A stretch of 64,000 nucleotides of DNA from Balanoglossus misakiensis (lineage: Eukaryota; Animalia; Hemichordata), in assembly GCA_040954595.2 (NCBI GenBank), contig CM082586.2, positions 3,454,349 through 3,518,348 on the forward strand. The letters run 5' to 3'. The position numbers and the translations under genes are program-made. The notes beneath the pieces were generated by a model, which was not told the origin of the DNA, did not search any database, and saw only the letters and a program-made list of their open reading frames with translations. Shown here one piece after another: positions 1 through 15,700 of the stretch; the stretch's first letter is position 1, and each line of letters opens with the position of its first letter.

Positions 1-156
1 TTCAAACAAATAAATGTCCTTGGTACATGCATCAAATCCCACAATAAATTAACTGTGTGCAATGGAAGATCTCTGTCCCCATGGTAACCATTCTATCAGG
101 GTAGCTGTTTTGATCAAATGCAATCAAGAACTCCATTTGCATGAATTTGTGTTATG

Positions 157-196
157 TTGTATTGTATTGTATTGTATTGTGTTGTAGTGTATTGTA
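157..196 (+). repeat. (TTGTA)n microsatellite
   Basis: Tandem pentamers are directly visible. Confidence 0.85.
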
Positions 197-3100
197 AAAT
201 TTTCATTAAATTTCTTTTTACATTCGTGTAACTTTAAACTGTTTTTCGAAATGTTATCTGTAGTGTGTAATATTACTTGTACTCCAAAATGCTAAATAAT
301 ATATCAGCAAGCTTTCAAACCATCCGTCCTGAAGCACCATCACGAGCAAAAGTCAACGCAATAAGCAATTAGGACAGAACAGCTCGTCGACGGACAATTG
401 AGAAGATAAAATTAGTTTCTACTACTGTATCCTGCAGATATATGTCATGGTAACCTGTCAGTTTGTGCAATAAAACTCATCTGATTGTTTTCACACGAAT
501 CGTCACACTGCCACTCCACATCACCCCCACAGTAAGTTTTATTCCACTGTAACTTTCCAACGCACTTCAGAGATATTAACTGATTGAACTCCTCTTCGCA
601 CAATCTATCCAAGGATTGCAACTTGGACAGAGATTTGACGTTGCATTCTTCATGAATGACAGGATATTAATATCACTTATCCCTTGCCAACTTCGTGATA
701 CCAAGTATTACCAGAAAAAAAATTCCAAAACTGTATCATGCTGAGTTGTGGTCATTGTAGGTGACAAATTTAACTTTCCCATTGACGATTCAAAAGAAAC
801 CCATTTCTGGAATCTAAAATCTGTGAAAAAGGGATACCAAGGGAGTTTAATACACTGTGACCAAATCATCACTTAATCCAAAGCCCTACATGTAAATGCA
901 ACACCACAATCAGTGTTGAAATCACAAGCTATGCCTGGATCTCTTTCGAGGAAAAAAACGTCCTCCTGAACGCTGACCTTGGCCCTATTCAAGGTGATCT
1001 GTACGCTTACACAGCTGACAGAATTAAATTTTTCAAATGAATACAGCATACAAGATTAATGTTGTTATAAATCTCCAACCAATAAACACATAAAACACAT
1101 CTTAATCTTCAGAGTTACACAGTTGATGGCATTTACCAGACTACAGTCTGATACACACAGTATTAAAATTTCAAAGATATATAAATTGCCAGTGCTTCGT
1201 CATCGTATAAACGTAGCCGACAAAATAAAGAAGAAAGTACTGAATCTGAAGAAGAAGCTGTCAGTGAGGGCAGTCATATTCTTTGAACTGATAAACCACC
1301 TGTTGATCAAATATGGCCTCATTTTGAGGAAATGTTTTGAAAGCGAAAAAGTAGCCATCATTATTTTATATTAGCCTTGGGTTTTGTGTGAGATATTATG
1401 TATATTGTTCATCAACAATGAAAATGGAGCTGACAGTTGAACAACTCTGTTTACCAAGGATTGTATGGAAAATTCATGTTTTTAGTTTGTCAAGTGGACA
1501 CGTTTTTTGTCTTCTAAATACATGTAGTGTAAATCCAAATTGGATTATCAGAACTCCCCTAAATCTCGGAATTTTTCTAACTTTCTTAGGTTCATACTTA
1601 TCACAAATTAACCAAACCAAATACTTGCCCACCGACACATACCATAACTCTAGTATGATCATTTTACTTGATCCGGAAAATTGTTATCAAAATTATATCA
1701 CCAGTAGATCATCTCACTGAGAATACAACAACTACATTGCTACTGAAACAGTCAGAGCTCCCTGGCAACCAGTGCTTTTTTCTGCTCTTCGACCTTTTTC
1801 ACCATTGTTCGTACTGACCCCCCACCCTCTCCAAATTTGCCACCATCATCCCTGTTGCTTTGCCTCAGTGAACACGAATGAAAATGTCACATGAATCCAA
1901 GAAACACACCAAAAAAAGCAGCCGTTATCTACATGGAACAAATGCAACACTACAATACAGTACAACAGTTAAATTGTTACATAAAGCAAATAGTTCCTAT
2001 TGGACGGTATTGATGAGTTGATACAATACAACAATAAACAGCTGCCAAGCCATAGTACAATGTAATAGTACATAGTTGTTCAAATTTCTGCTATTGTATG
2101 CTGCTGCGTTATATGTAGAATTCTGTAAAACTGGCGTTGGACTATCTGATAGCTTGCCTGGGCATTGAACTCTGTTTCTGTACTCACACGAGAATAACAC
2201 AGTAATCAAGCAATTTCCTACGATTGTCAGTATTTTTCAAATGAAACCACACACAAACACAGCACAGAAAGCCTGAGGTAACTTTTCAAATAACCCCCTG
2301 CTGCTAAAAATATATATACAACCATGGATTGCAGCATTTTGCTGGGTTTTTTGAAGTTCAAAGCTGTCAGTCAATCTAAAACACACAGTAATTTGTTTTT
2401 GTAATGAAGCTTTCCTGCAATCATAGATTGTTGTTCCTGTTATTAAACTTTTAGCATGAGATCAACACAAAGGCCAATATAATCACAAGGACGTTGGCCT
2501 TCGCTACGCACATGGGACTCGGTCAATCGAAATTTTCCTAATTTGACAGATTATAGGATCAGGTTCTTTACAGGTAGTTAATCTATAATGAGCCATTTTT
2601 TACTGATTGCTAAAAATGTATGGAAGGTCAGAGATCTTGTTACGTTTATACGAAGCATGCATTGAAGCTTATATACGTTTGTACCAGATCTTCAAGCATG
2701 ATGCTTTGAACCAACTAACTTTCCTTTTCAGGGCATACTAGTCGCAAATTAAACGACTAGATATAATTCGCAACACTCCGTGTACCGCAACAATCCAGAA
2801 TGTTAAACACAGCGGATCAATGTCTAATACCCACGGGCTGAACTAAATCATCCGACGTGAAACACTCAATTATGCAACTCAACAGACAGACCATCCGCAT
2901 AATCTCCATGCAAGTCTCTAAATTGGCGCATCCACTGTCAATAGTTCACTCTGTTAGTTGCCGACAGTTTGAAGACTATCCACGTTGAACCGACCCACTT
3001 CCTTTCAACTAAATCCTGCTTGCGCAAGACACCAGGGACTCTAATCATCTTGGACCAGAAATGTCTATAATATTATTAAAAATTAAAGAGTTTTCGAAAG

Positions 3101-3286
3101 TATATGTCATCCACAGTATGAAAATGTGCTAGTAATATTACCAGGTGATTAATATAATAAAGACAGAATTTAACATGCAATTCCATTCCATGACAAAGCC
3201 CCCAATAGTCGTAATTTTGACAAGTGTTCACATTCTAATTGTTCTGTATATCAACAGCAGTTTCAATGAATGGCTGCTAAAGGCAT

Positions 3287-3461
3287 TACCAAAAACCTGT
3301 CTTTATAGTGGCCAGTCAAGGGACTTTCCTGAAATGGCCTTTATTAACAGGTGGCCTTTACAGATAGGTCAATAAATGTACAGATATACACGTTAATTGC
3401 ATAAGGACTGTAACGAAGTGGCCACTATATAGAGGTGGCCACTAACACAGGTTTGACTGTA
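3287..3461. mobile_element. Degenerate MITE-like element (Tc1/mariner-pogo-type end CAGTCAAACC, TA target)
   Basis: The right end ACAGGTTTGACTG-TA reverse-complements to TA-CAGTCAAACCTGTGTTAGTGGCCACCTCTATATAGTGGCCA. This partly matches the left end AAACCTGTCTTTATAGTGGCCA. GTGGCC subterminal motifs recur internally. Confidence 0.5.
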
Positions 3462-6400
3462 TATGCAGGCTATCTATAGCAAAGTCATGTGGTCGCCTGA
3501 AGCTGTAACTGTTATCTAAGCAACGATGACGCCAATTCTTACGATCAACGTACCCTCATGGTACCCGGCACGCAACAAATGGCACAATATTCCAATTAAA
3601 AACCAGAATATGCCGGGCGTCTAAGTTGCACGTTGATCCAACATTAGTACAGGAAGGAAGCAATGACCTGTACAACTAAGAGGTGTCTAATTAGAAGAAA
3701 GAAAGGGGGCCTGCTCATCAATCATATGCTAAGTCATTCAGAATCTGTCGTAACTGGAGGTATTACTCAAAAAATGTATCAATCCGACTAACCAGTTCAA
3801 GGAAAAAGGCATACGCACACTATGAGAAAAAGTACGGGAAAAGTCAAAACTTTTGGCCTTTTGGAGAGAGTGATTCCGGATAATATCTCATCACGCACGA
3901 CAAAGTCAAAAACTCGGCTACCCTGCAGGAGTTGAGCGAGACAACTCGAGCAGACAGTAATTTGTCAAATACAACATTTTCCCAACAGTAATTGGAAACA
4001 CACACACGAGGGTAAGTCAGTGCCACTGGCACATTTCAATCTCCTCTACGAGCAAGATTGTTCCTTTCCTGGTAAAAAAAAAATTATTCATCCAAATTGC
4101 TGCACAACCCATGCAGTCCACCTCCTTTCATAAAATTGATTCTTTAATGAATTCACTAATTGCACAGTGTGTGACTTGTTTGTATTTTACTGACCTAATT
4201 ATTTTGACATTTGGAAAGAATACTACCCAAAGGAAAAGTCTGACAAAAATATCAACCAACTTCCATTTTTAAAGTCAAACTTTAAGGTTCAATACCATTC
4301 TACTAATGAGTTCTCTATGTGGTGATTATGATTTATACTTTCTGCCAGAAAATACGCAAATTGCACCATCTGATATTACTGAGGAGACAAGCTATTTATT
4401 TGTGACAGTTTTTATTGCGTTTGGTAGAAAATGCATGGCTTTGAACATAATGAAGGCTACATGCTTTGCCACCTTAAACTCATCCAGACGACACACTGTA
4501 AGTCCCACCGACTTGCATGGCACCAGTGAAAATATGATTGTGTCATAGCTTAGAGGCCCCTGTCACTATAACCGACTTCATCAGGGCCATCTATCTTCTT
4601 AATAATACCCCTGCTTATGGCAATGACACAGAAAGACCACAATTCAATTTGGCTGTAGTGTGTCTGTTAACATCATCATTTCTCAAGTAAACCGTTTTCC
4701 GCTGTCAGTGCCGTACAGCTACATTGTATACCCTGCTGTTGAGGCACCTTATTCTTAATGCAATTTTCCCACTCGTCAACGCGCTGCATTAGGACGTTTC
4801 AAAAGGAATGCTACTGACTCTAACAAGTACGTGTGGACACTTCATTAGAATTTACTGCTGGAAGACTTTGAAGACTGAGAAACACAAGCAGGAGTTTTTA
4901 CTGGCTTGACCTGGGTGATTGCAAACGTCACTGCCACAGCCAATTACACGAGATATGGGCCGATTAGAAATAACAGGGGCTTTAATAACAAAATTGAAAG
5001 ATTTCTTCAAATTCAATGATAACCCTGACATCCCCTGGTACTTGGTTAAACACAGGTACACACTGTAGTGAGTTATACTCTGGTAATTGAATGTTTGAGA
5101 GGAGATTGTGTTTGGTCATTGACTTTCATGTACACCATTGAATTTGGCTCCAACCAGCCGGGGGAATATAGCCTTTCAGATATTCAATTTCCATTCTGAG
5201 CCACAAATGAGGTATATGCTTTATCATAAACCAAGGTTTTTGTCGTCGTCAGAGTTTTAACTTGAGAATGTGAGAAAATCCTTCGCAGGCAATTGCAAAG
5301 GAGATTTAGGCACAAGTTCCTTGGAATATTAATCTGCAAATCCCAGTTTGACGCATTCATATGCTATTGTGTCGGGAAAATATTCATCCAAAGTAACAGT
5401 GTCATTATTGACTTTCAAATTACCAAAATCGGTTGTGTTATACCCATTTTTAGGGCAGTGACCCAAAGCGCAATGGCAGGCTTGTTGACAAAGTTACCAA
5501 ACCCTGACACCTATTGCAATGGCCTTTAAAACAGTACGCCCTCAGAGTCAATAAACCAGTGGGGTTGTTTCAGCTAGCTCATCGACCTAAGAATCCAGGC
5601 CTATTGAATAACTTGGTTTGTACATTTTACAGACAGACCCACACCCACCCTGACAAGACTGAACGTCTTGTAAACAAACAAACAAACAAGCAAGAATACA
5701 TAACTAAACATGCGATATAAGTGTGAAAACTAAATAAAGTAACAAATGTATCTCAGCAAACAGGAAAAACCTGAGAGACTGAATCTACTGTTTGTGTATG
5801 TACATGTACCAGGTAAGACTCACAATTACTCTATTCTGTATGTTACAATTTTCAAGTGTTTTGGAGGATTTTACAAGATATGAAGGCCATTATGAGAGTG
5901 TTAGAGAAACTATGATGTAATCACTTTTGTGAAAGCTTTGTTCTTCTTACAACAGCTGCACCCGGGAAACTTTCATTAGGACGCGATTATCAAAATCCTC
6001 ATCTATGATGCTCTCCCGAGATTACAAGCCATCTCTTGAAACCTCGACCTATCCAGACGGCTGGGATCATTCACCTCTGTACAGCTAAGTAGTTTGTAAA
6101 CAGATGCGAAAGAAACACGGGCCTTGAAAACGGAACAAACGCAAGCCGACAACCAACTTTTTTGTCATTTTTTTCCTGCCCGGAAAATAAAACATCCATA
6201 CAACATCCTACATGGCACCACAGTTTAATCCACTGCAATACAATGTAGTTGGACGGGTTTTATGACCTATGAGATCAGTAATTTCCATTAATGTTTCACT
6301 CGTGTTGATTCACTGTAAACTATACTTTCTTATTTTTCAAGGTACTGTACTATCCCTTAGGGGGATATCTCGTTTTGTGGGAGAGAAAAAAAGGTGGTTC

Positions 6401-8010
6401 CTTTCCACTCTTCTCTGATATCTCTGCTTTTGTGCATTCTCTAAGAAAATCTCCAAAGAAACAGCCTAGTCGGGGATCACTTTGCCGTGCAGTGAAGACA
6501 GGCCATGATCGATGCATTTAAGACGTGCCCTAAGGGTAGTGAAAAAGTGTCAAGATCACAGGGCATCATGGGAAAAATCTATCAAAAACATGCATGCATT
6601 TATTCATTCATTGTTATATACCTCTGTTTTAGATTTTGAGATGACAATTTGAAATGAGCTGATTTCAAAATGAAAATATTCCATCTACATAATGATCATT
6701 GCTTATAAACCATCTATCTTCAGTAGGTAGGCCAGGCTACAACTGATTCCAGTATCTAATACACAAATCAGTAATGTGGATTTAGAAACTGCAGAAGACA
6801 GTAATAACAGGCTTTCCTTTGGAATTGAGATTTCAAACCATCTGATGGGTTGATCAGATGAAAATCTCAGCGTATAGAGTGGTTTGTTTGTTTTTTCGTG
6901 CGGCCCGACTTCAATGACTACAGTCCCATCAAACTGTGTTTACTGCCTTCAGGGGAAATTACCTAACATTTTAGATTAAATTAAGGTTCATTTCGACTTA
7001 ACTCCATCTCGGGTACAGGATGGGACGAAATTGAAATGTTTTGCCAGACTCCGAAAATTACACCACTTTGCTGGGCTGAGCTTGTGCCGACTAGTTATCT
7101 GTAATTTATCCAACCTTGGGTTAGTACCATTAGTTCAAAGGTATTCTCCCCAAAACATGGCATGAAATTACACCAATTACCCGCTATCATTTTGCTTTTG
7201 TCATACCCAGCATGTAACATTTCTCTCCAAATGTCACAAGACTTAATGTCTTTATCTTCTTAGCAACCATTCACCAAAACACACGGCAACACGCAATTTG
7301 CCATAGCTTTAACTCGATCATCATTTTCTGAACTTCATTTTTGACATTTTCCCAACCATATTTTTTTTGTCTGCACAAGCTATACAGCTGAACGACTTGA
7401 GAAGAAAGACGACAGCAAGGGTGATTTTCAACCATAGAGATGATGCTGTTGGAACGTGCATGAAGTTCAACTACAAACGTGATCCAGCTGACAATTAATG
7501 AACCACAGCTTGCCGTTCTCTACCACACCAGGGAATATAAAAATCTCATAATTCTCTCTGATTAATATCATTGAAGGTTGCCGCCTGTCTCAAACTCCGT
7601 CTCATGGGAAGAAAAAAATCACTTTGAAAAGAGAACATCCCTTGAGATTTCATCCGCCAGTCTGCCGCGAACAAAGAATGAAGTTCATTATACAACGACT
7701 CAATGAAGCCGTCTACTAGTACTACACATCCATGATCTAATTGGCTTTATTTATCACCTGTGTAAAATTGCCCAGGGCATTATACAATTCTATATCTTCC
7801 TTGTTATCGTTACAGAGCCTGCACCAAAAACTTTGAATCAATATTACATACAACTTCCACTCTCTGTACCAGTTTATATCATCAGTATATAACCGCTTAC
7901 TTTTAACTTACTGATTAAATTACTGATTGGTGCATTAAAACGGAATTATTTCACAGTGGCTGTGACACTTTGATTGGTTACATGGCTGATATTAATGTCG
8001 TGTGTGCGAA

Positions 8011-8033
8011 TGTGTGTGTGTGTGTGTGTGTGT
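8011..8033 (+). repeat. (TG)n microsatellite
   Basis: Directly visible. Confidence 0.9.
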
Positions 8034-9094
8034 ATAACATGAAGACTACATGAATGTTTTCAATGACGTGGAGGTATAACCTGGCCTCTTTATGAGAAAT
8101 ATATAACACATCAGTTCTAATCCCACCGACAAATAACATCACCATTGAAATCAACAGGTCTACGGGCGGAAATGCAACCTACAAAGACTGGATACAGTTC
8201 ACCAATGTCTTCAACCTCTTTACCGTAGCAACTGGTGGTGTGTGTCGTGCTACGTTTCCAGAATACGAATGACGCATATCCTGATTGCATGCAACACTGA
8301 TCACAATCAGTCCCCCGGCACTATAGAGTGTAATGATTTAAAGTTATGATTGCAGTTACGCACCACTGAATGACACTTGTCTTGTGTTTAAAGGGGCATT
8401 AGCTGTAACTTTTGACCGATTTTTTCTCTGGTGTTTTTCTGCGCATGAACTGCAGTTTTTGTTCTAAATTTTTGCATTTCCCAATGGCATAACCTGTTGA
8501 CAAGTCCGGTCTTGAATTCTACTTCCAATAAAACAGTACTGACTGTCCATATGTAGGCTGTGCTAATAACTTGACATTTGTTCATGCTATAGGGATTCAA
8601 ATAAGTCATCGCAATTGATAAGTACTGAAAAAATAGCCAAAAGCAAACGGCTAATGCAACTTTAAAGAAAAAACTGTCTCAATGTCTGCCACAAAACTTT
8701 CAGAGTGATTTCTCTGATCATCATTCCCTCATTAGTTTTAATATCAACTTCCTGTTATTCGATGATCATAATGTATTGTGACGTATTTTCCCCGAGTAAA
8801 TGCAGTTGCACTCCAGGGCTAATCTTCACGATGCGTACAAAGCTTGTCGCATATCCCTCCATGGTGACACCAATAAAATGAATACTCAACAGACCATATC
8901 GGAAAACTGCACCGCCGTAGGACACGACGTCCCAGAGACACAAGAAACCATTAATTACAATCCCAGATTCATCCGTTATTTCCATTCCAATTCCTCTGCT
9001 TTCCCACTTTTTCCATCACTGTCAGTTTCTCGGAATTTAGCCATTATAATGGTGTAAATAGGGCCCAGGGCTTTTTTTTCCATCTTCATCTCAC

Positions 9095-9133
9095 CGGCTC
9101 CGGCTGGTCTGCTTGCGACTTCTCGGAAGACAT
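9095..9133 (-). CDS. Candidate first coding exon (MSSEKSQADQPEP) of an unidentified minus-strand gene continuing past the left edge
   Basis: ATG at 9133 is followed by 13 open codons and a phase-0 donor CCG|GTGAGA. Upstream (9140-9390) is a CpG-rich, promoter-like tract with TGACTCA (9378-9384) and TACGTCA. No downstream coding exon was found in the window. Confidence 0.4.
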
Positions 9134-9632
9134 GGAAGGTATCAAAACGCAACTACAAAAGTCTCACGGCCACTGCGCCTCGAGCGGTTACAGAGACATT
9201 TCTTCAGAAAGGTAGAAAGTCTCGCGAAAGCCGTGCTATTGTTCACAGACATTTCTGCGAAACGTGATACAAAGAGTCATATATACGTCATGTACATCTG
9301 AGTTGCAATGACGACTTTTCACAATTACGGCGCGAAGATAACCGTGTCTGTATCCATGGTTACAAACTATATGCGTATGACTCAGATGGAGCCAGGCTAA
9401 TTCCAAATGAAATTTTCATTGATCATGCTCTCAGTTCACTGTTCCACATTATTCTCAAAACTGGCATTTCATGAGGCCTGTAAAAAAGTTAGAATTTCAA
9501 TTTTAATTAGTGGTTTTCATACCACAAACTTTAAATGCAACTGGATTTTGGAAATGATTGTAACCGACATCTGGAACACAGATGTGGCCCCTAAATTTTT
9601 TATTCTTTCCCTGTTATGTTGTGCATAAGACT

Positions 9633-9776
9633 ACCAACCAACCTTTCCATCCATCCACCTACCTAGTACCTACACAACCATCCATCCATCCACACCCACC
9701 CATCCACTCCCCCTTTCTTCTCTCCCTCCATCCATCCAAACACATCCTGCCCACCAACCATTTACCAACCAACCAA
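9633..9776 (+). repeat. Degenerate (CCAT/CCAA/CCAC)n tetranucleotide tract
   Basis: Directly visible. It explains the Pro/His-rich spurious ORF 9582..9887. Confidence 0.7.
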
Positions 9777-12700
9777 TCTCCTGCCCAGATCAATCCTATT
9801 CATCCGACACACAAACATCTGCCTATACATACACACGACAACCCTGCAAGCTTTGTTTTGCAGCAGCAGCCAGCAAAGTACATGTAAGTCTATACTCTTC
9901 CACCGCTGAGATCTGTAAAACTTACATCGACTCAATCTGGTTCAGTAGTGTACGTAACTGCCACAGGGATAAACACAAGTACACTTTACTGTCAGACGAA
10001 TCCTTCCTTCAGTGCGTAATTTGCCAAATGTGTCTGTGAACGGCTCTGATGAGCATTATTCGTGCCCACTTAAATGACGTAAAGACGCAAAACCCCTCTG
10101 CACTTCTCATCGCAAAGCCTTTAGATTATACCAGCTTAACATTTCAGGTTTTTCTGTAGTGCGTGCGGGATTTGTCATATCTCGGAAGCACAGGATACAA
10201 TCCCCTCATCTCAGATTGATACAGACAACTACATGTACTTTGTCTGAACTGCCATTTCCACTCACGTACAAAAAAAAGACAATACAAGGCAATTTCCATC
10301 TTCTCGTCTCCGTCACACTCGTAGCTCTTTCCCGGAATGTGCTGTCAGTCAGACAGTCTGAGATGGACCAGATTCTAGTTAGTGCACCCGGCCACAATTT
10401 GTTAATTGGCGAAAAGCGTTAACAGGTACAAGCCCGCTTGAACTTAAATGGCACACTACAGACCGAGGGAAACCTAGCACACAGATACGTCAATTATGAA
10501 CACTGCGGAGAGCAAAATCACCACTCTCGTAATCTTACAATTGGCATGAATTAGCGTGATAGAAGATGCTTATCTGGGGAACGATCGAAGAGTCCGTAGG
10601 AAGTTGAGATCTCACTGGCAGTGATTTGATTCACCCACTCACAAACTGATTGCCCTCCTTTTTATTTGAAGCTCTTTGTTTCGTGAAATCTGCAGTGTCA
10701 AAGTTATTGAAATATAAATTATAATGGAAATATAAAGTATGGCACTTTTTAATTCACGGAAATTATGGAATTTTCCAGGTACGTCTACCTCCTTCTGAGC
10801 TTTCCAACTCTTGCTTCTGGCATCTTTGTCATGTTTTTCCCCTCAATTTGACATAAAACTTTATCATTCTTGTACAAAAACAAGCAGATCACATCCGTGC
10901 AACGCAATACGATACAATACCATCTGTGCTTCGGCCGGAATGCTGGTGATTATCTGAGCGCTCTTCCTAATGGGACAACTTTTCCGGGACAATCAGGCGG
11001 GAGAGTATGGAAAATAATCAAGTCATATCACCAGGCCTCGACAGAAACAGAGTCGAGAAAGTAGTTAATCAGGCGACAAGGCACAGTTGTCGGATTCTCC
11101 ATTACAACTCCTGCACCCATGAGAATACTAATGCGAGATTCCTCGCAGCGCGCAGAGATACAAAACACATCTTCAAATCAAGCATTGCCGCAGGCGTAGA
11201 TCCGGTTGGATCTATCACATCTGCGACGCACGTTAGCGCAGTCAAAATGTTTGTCAACACCACAGTGTGTGATCTGATAGTACTACAGATGCCAGAGGAG
11301 TCCAACAGATATAATATACTGTACTCCTCATCATTGCCTTCCGCTTCAGGAGAAAACAAGTAGAATATTTAACCGAGAAAAAACTACAAGAATAAATGTT
11401 GTGTGATGTGATGACTGGAGTACAGAAAACCAAACGCTAAACCTAACGCAGTATCACTCAAATACATTTAACATCTATGGACACTGTGTGGCTGCAAGTA
11501 TAACCAAAGATACTGACCCCATAACACTTATTCCATCACTGAACATGATTGGCATTTGCACATACAGACAGAACAGAAGATATAATCAGGAAACGCCCAT
11601 TCCCATAAATTCATCCCCTGAAAACACAACAACATAAAATTAACAAAAACTTTAATGATGCCTGTGATATCGCGAGGCTCTGCTATCAGAGGGCAAAGTT
11701 GTTTGATGCTTTCACTGAAGCCCACATTGTTTGCTGAAGGGACAGTGCCTGGCAAATTAGCTTGATTAGTTGCAACTGAGGCGAGGGCTCGGAAGAGAAA
11801 CATCAGTCTGACACATCCCAGATCCAGGGATGTCAACACATGCTGATTCTGGGGAAATGCTTCTTATGACAAAATGGGGAAACGACGCTTCAAGGCCAGT
11901 CACTTCTGCAAATAGCACAAGAACTTGGCAGGGGCAGAATATATGAGGAGCCTCTCATTTTTTCCCTGACAGCAAACTACGCACCAGTTTACCTTGAAAG
12001 GGTTTCTATGGCAACTACAGTCTTGATTTTCTGAATAAATGCACACAAATGTTTATTGTCCCTTCCTCCTTGACCGTGTCGAGTAAAAAGGAAATGCCTC
12101 AAACTGCCCAAATGCAGATGGATATATTTCATCTATCTATCCACTCAATGTCTGAAAAGCTCAGTGACCTCCCCCCCCCCCCCCTCCACCTTCAGTGCGA
12201 ATAATTTTCTGAGCTCGCTGACTCTGTCTGCATCCACAGAATACTACATGAAACAACGGCATGGAAAATTGAGCAGGCAACACTGTAACGACAAGAATAT
12301 TCTGGGTTAGCTGAGCCTCAGTCAGTGAGAATTTGCTCATCAAATCAAACAGCAACGATGTCTGTCTGTTGACGGGACAATTCACAAATATGGTATCAGC
12401 CAGACCACTCCAGCTGTGAAAATTAATAATGTCATATATTTTTTTAATTTCACCGACATTTATATGTTCTCCCAGGTAGATAAAAGTGCACTCACTCACA
12501 CTTACGGGGGATAACCTGGCTAGGGTAACCAGACAGACAACTGCAGGAATGTTGTATCATTAGCTTGATCAGGCTTATAACAGAAAATCAACAGTTGTGA
12601 ATTTTCAACAGGGTTAGAATTAGATCCCGTTTTATACAATAAATTTTGGGTGGATGTGATCTGGATTAAAAGAAACACAGTTTCATGATTGTTGCACTGT

Positions 12701-15700
12701 TTGGGCGAACTGAGGTGGAAGACAAACAGAGAGCCTGATTGGGCAATTTGATTAAGTGTACAGTCTGCTCAACATCATTCAATATTCCTGGTCTGGTTTG
12801 GAATCCCACAAAATACAAGTCAGTTTAATGTGCAATGACTTCTGTCAATTGAAAGCAAATTCGGACCCAAGCCCCACATAGTCGGGTCCTATGGCTGAAG
12901 TATGAACAAAAATCATTCGGGAATCACACTGAAAGCACTTTGCTCTTTAATGTTCGATTAAAGTCCACTCTTTTGCACTAAATCATTTGATTATAATGGC
13001 CTCTACACGTTAAACTAACACTGGCCCTTGTAGTAAATATTTATTCGTCTTAATAAGCAGTAAAAGCACAGGCCTGGAAATGTCAGAAGTCGGCATTGCT
13101 TCCCTGTGATAGGTTCAATGAGGTTTGATTAAATTTATAGCTTGCCCTCAAAGGGTAACGTAATTAATGGTCTTTTCACTGTTTTTTTTCTTGCATTAGT
13201 CTTAACGCTTTCTTGTTGTAGTACCAGTATAATATCTTGAGATCGGAGTTTTTGTTCACTTAAACTCGGCAGACCAGTATTTTCTAAAATCCACCACATG
13301 AGGGCACACTTTTCACTATAGAATTTAGCCTTGCTTTTGATAAAGAACTGTTTCACAATATTTTACATTCCATTTTGGTCTTTACTTAGAATTAAAATGG
13401 CCAATTTTAACTTTTCAATTTCTAGGTTACCAGACTGACGCAACGCTACATCGAATCCAATCATTTGAAAACACAGAAAAAAAGACTGTTAATTGCAAAC
13501 AAACTTAAGATTGAATCTCGGAGTCAAGCCATTACCTGATCAAACATGCATTTCAGTAGAAATACAAGTTTCTGATTCCTTGAACAAACACTGCATCGAT
13601 GGAATTGCTTCAGGCTTGGAAACTGCTTTGCTGGACAGGATTGAAATGGCAATGTTTTGGCTGCCCTTTTCAAACTGAATGCAAAAAAAGACTCCATTTT
13701 CATCCTATTTGCCTACGCACATGTAAATACACCAAACATTACCATAGCAACCAACAGATTGACCCAACCTATATGTAAGAATGTACATGTGTATATGGTA
13801 GGGAAATTTATTCCCATTGAAATTAAGGCATCATCTTTAAAGTGCCTTTAAGCTGTACTTTTGCCCACAATTCAGTATTTTTGAAGGGTTTTCGGTTTCT
13901 AGTTCAAATTAATCTGTACAGCATGGTCTAAGATGCTCCCGGGTTTATGTACATGTATGTGAGTAATACAGTTGATGTGTACATGCAGTCAGCATTACTC
14001 TGTTGAAAAGTGAATTCAAGTCTGGACGTGATTTCATTTGTCCACAATGACAAAAGTCATACGCATATACAAAGGCTATGACGTCAACAAACTGCAGAAA
14101 CGTGGCTATTTCTCCATGTTGTAGAGAACAAAAGCACATGTAGTCAATACAATAAAACCTCAAGGATTAAAAGGAATCGCAAAAACTGGTTGGTTTAGTC
14201 AGTTTTGAACATCGTGTTTCTTCGTACAAAGAGGACAGGAGACAGTCTATGCACAAAACTAAAACAGCAGTCTGAGGTTTCATGTTAGACAGGCTTTGAT
14301 TCATTCACCACTCGCAGATCTTGAATATTGTACTTACACAATAAACACGGAGAATCAATTTGTCAAATGTGCAATGATGTTGAAAGAACACACTCATCTT
14401 TGATCTAAGACAAACAAAACTTCTGATCATTTGTTTGTTCTGATAATGGTGGCAATTACGCATTACATCTTTAATGTGTACAGGACCTCTCATCCATTAG
14501 ATTGAATAACCAATACAAGTCTGCATCTCTTAGGCTATTAGACAGATCACTGCACAAAGTGGAACTAACATATGGGGGCAGACAAATTAAAAGACAGAAA
14601 GGAGAATGGCCTCCAGATGGAAACGTATACTTGTCCCATTCCACTTCTGATGTGGGAACATTACCAACTGACTTTGCTGTTACTACAGGCATTTCCTTTG
14701 ACCATACATGTTATGGACGGGTCAATATTTTCACGTGAGTTTCAGTCAATGCTGGTATATTCAACTGGACTGTTTGACAATTCTAAATTGTATTCACAAT
14801 TAAGCCAGAAAATTTCTCTCCATCTTGTGACAGTTGAGGCAGAGAAGGAAAAGTGGACCAACAACACATAACAAGGTCCTACTCCATCAACAGAAACTAC
14901 ACATCCTATTATCCCAAGTGTAAAACGTAAATTATTTTTGAAATTTTACAAATTACACCTCCCACTCTCTCTTTTTATCAAAGTGTAAATCAAACTTTTC
15001 ATCAAGCATGGCCACATAATGATGGATCGCTCACTCTCAGAGTAAACACACTGACAGCCCCATACATGCCTGTAGGCACTATAGCTTTCCTATTAGACGG
15101 CTTGGATGGAGACACACTTTCCAATACTAACAACCTGACCTGCGCGGCACAGTGGGGATATACGGCAGATAATACGCCAGATTGAGAGATGGAAACGATA
15201 CATCTTTCTAGTCCAGCGAAAATTAAATTTTTAAGGAACTGTATTTTTTTCAAAATAACCCACGCGGACAAACTTCAGTTGTCAGCAACTTTTTTGTTAT
15301 TTGATAGTCATAGTTGATAAACTGCGAAATATGGTACGAAGTCCCGTAAGTGTGAAATGAACACCCTGGCAGCTTGCCACCACAATGAAAACCATGCGGC
15401 ACTCGATGACAATGAAAACACTCGCATACGATGGAAACACTCAGACCCGTTAACAGACATCCAATTCAACAGCACTTGCAAAAACGACAGCTTCAGGAGA
15501 GGCCGCGGCTGGTGTCCACTTCAGGTGGGAAATTTAATGGGTAACTGCTTTAAAAGGGACACTTGGTGTTTAGCTAATTTATTAGGTTTGATGTTGAGTA
15601 TTAAAAGGGCGATTACTTGAAACATCTGGTGACAGGGTGTTTTTTTGTTGGACAGGTAGCACTTAATGATGGGAGTAATTGAATGTGTGGGCAGTGGTTG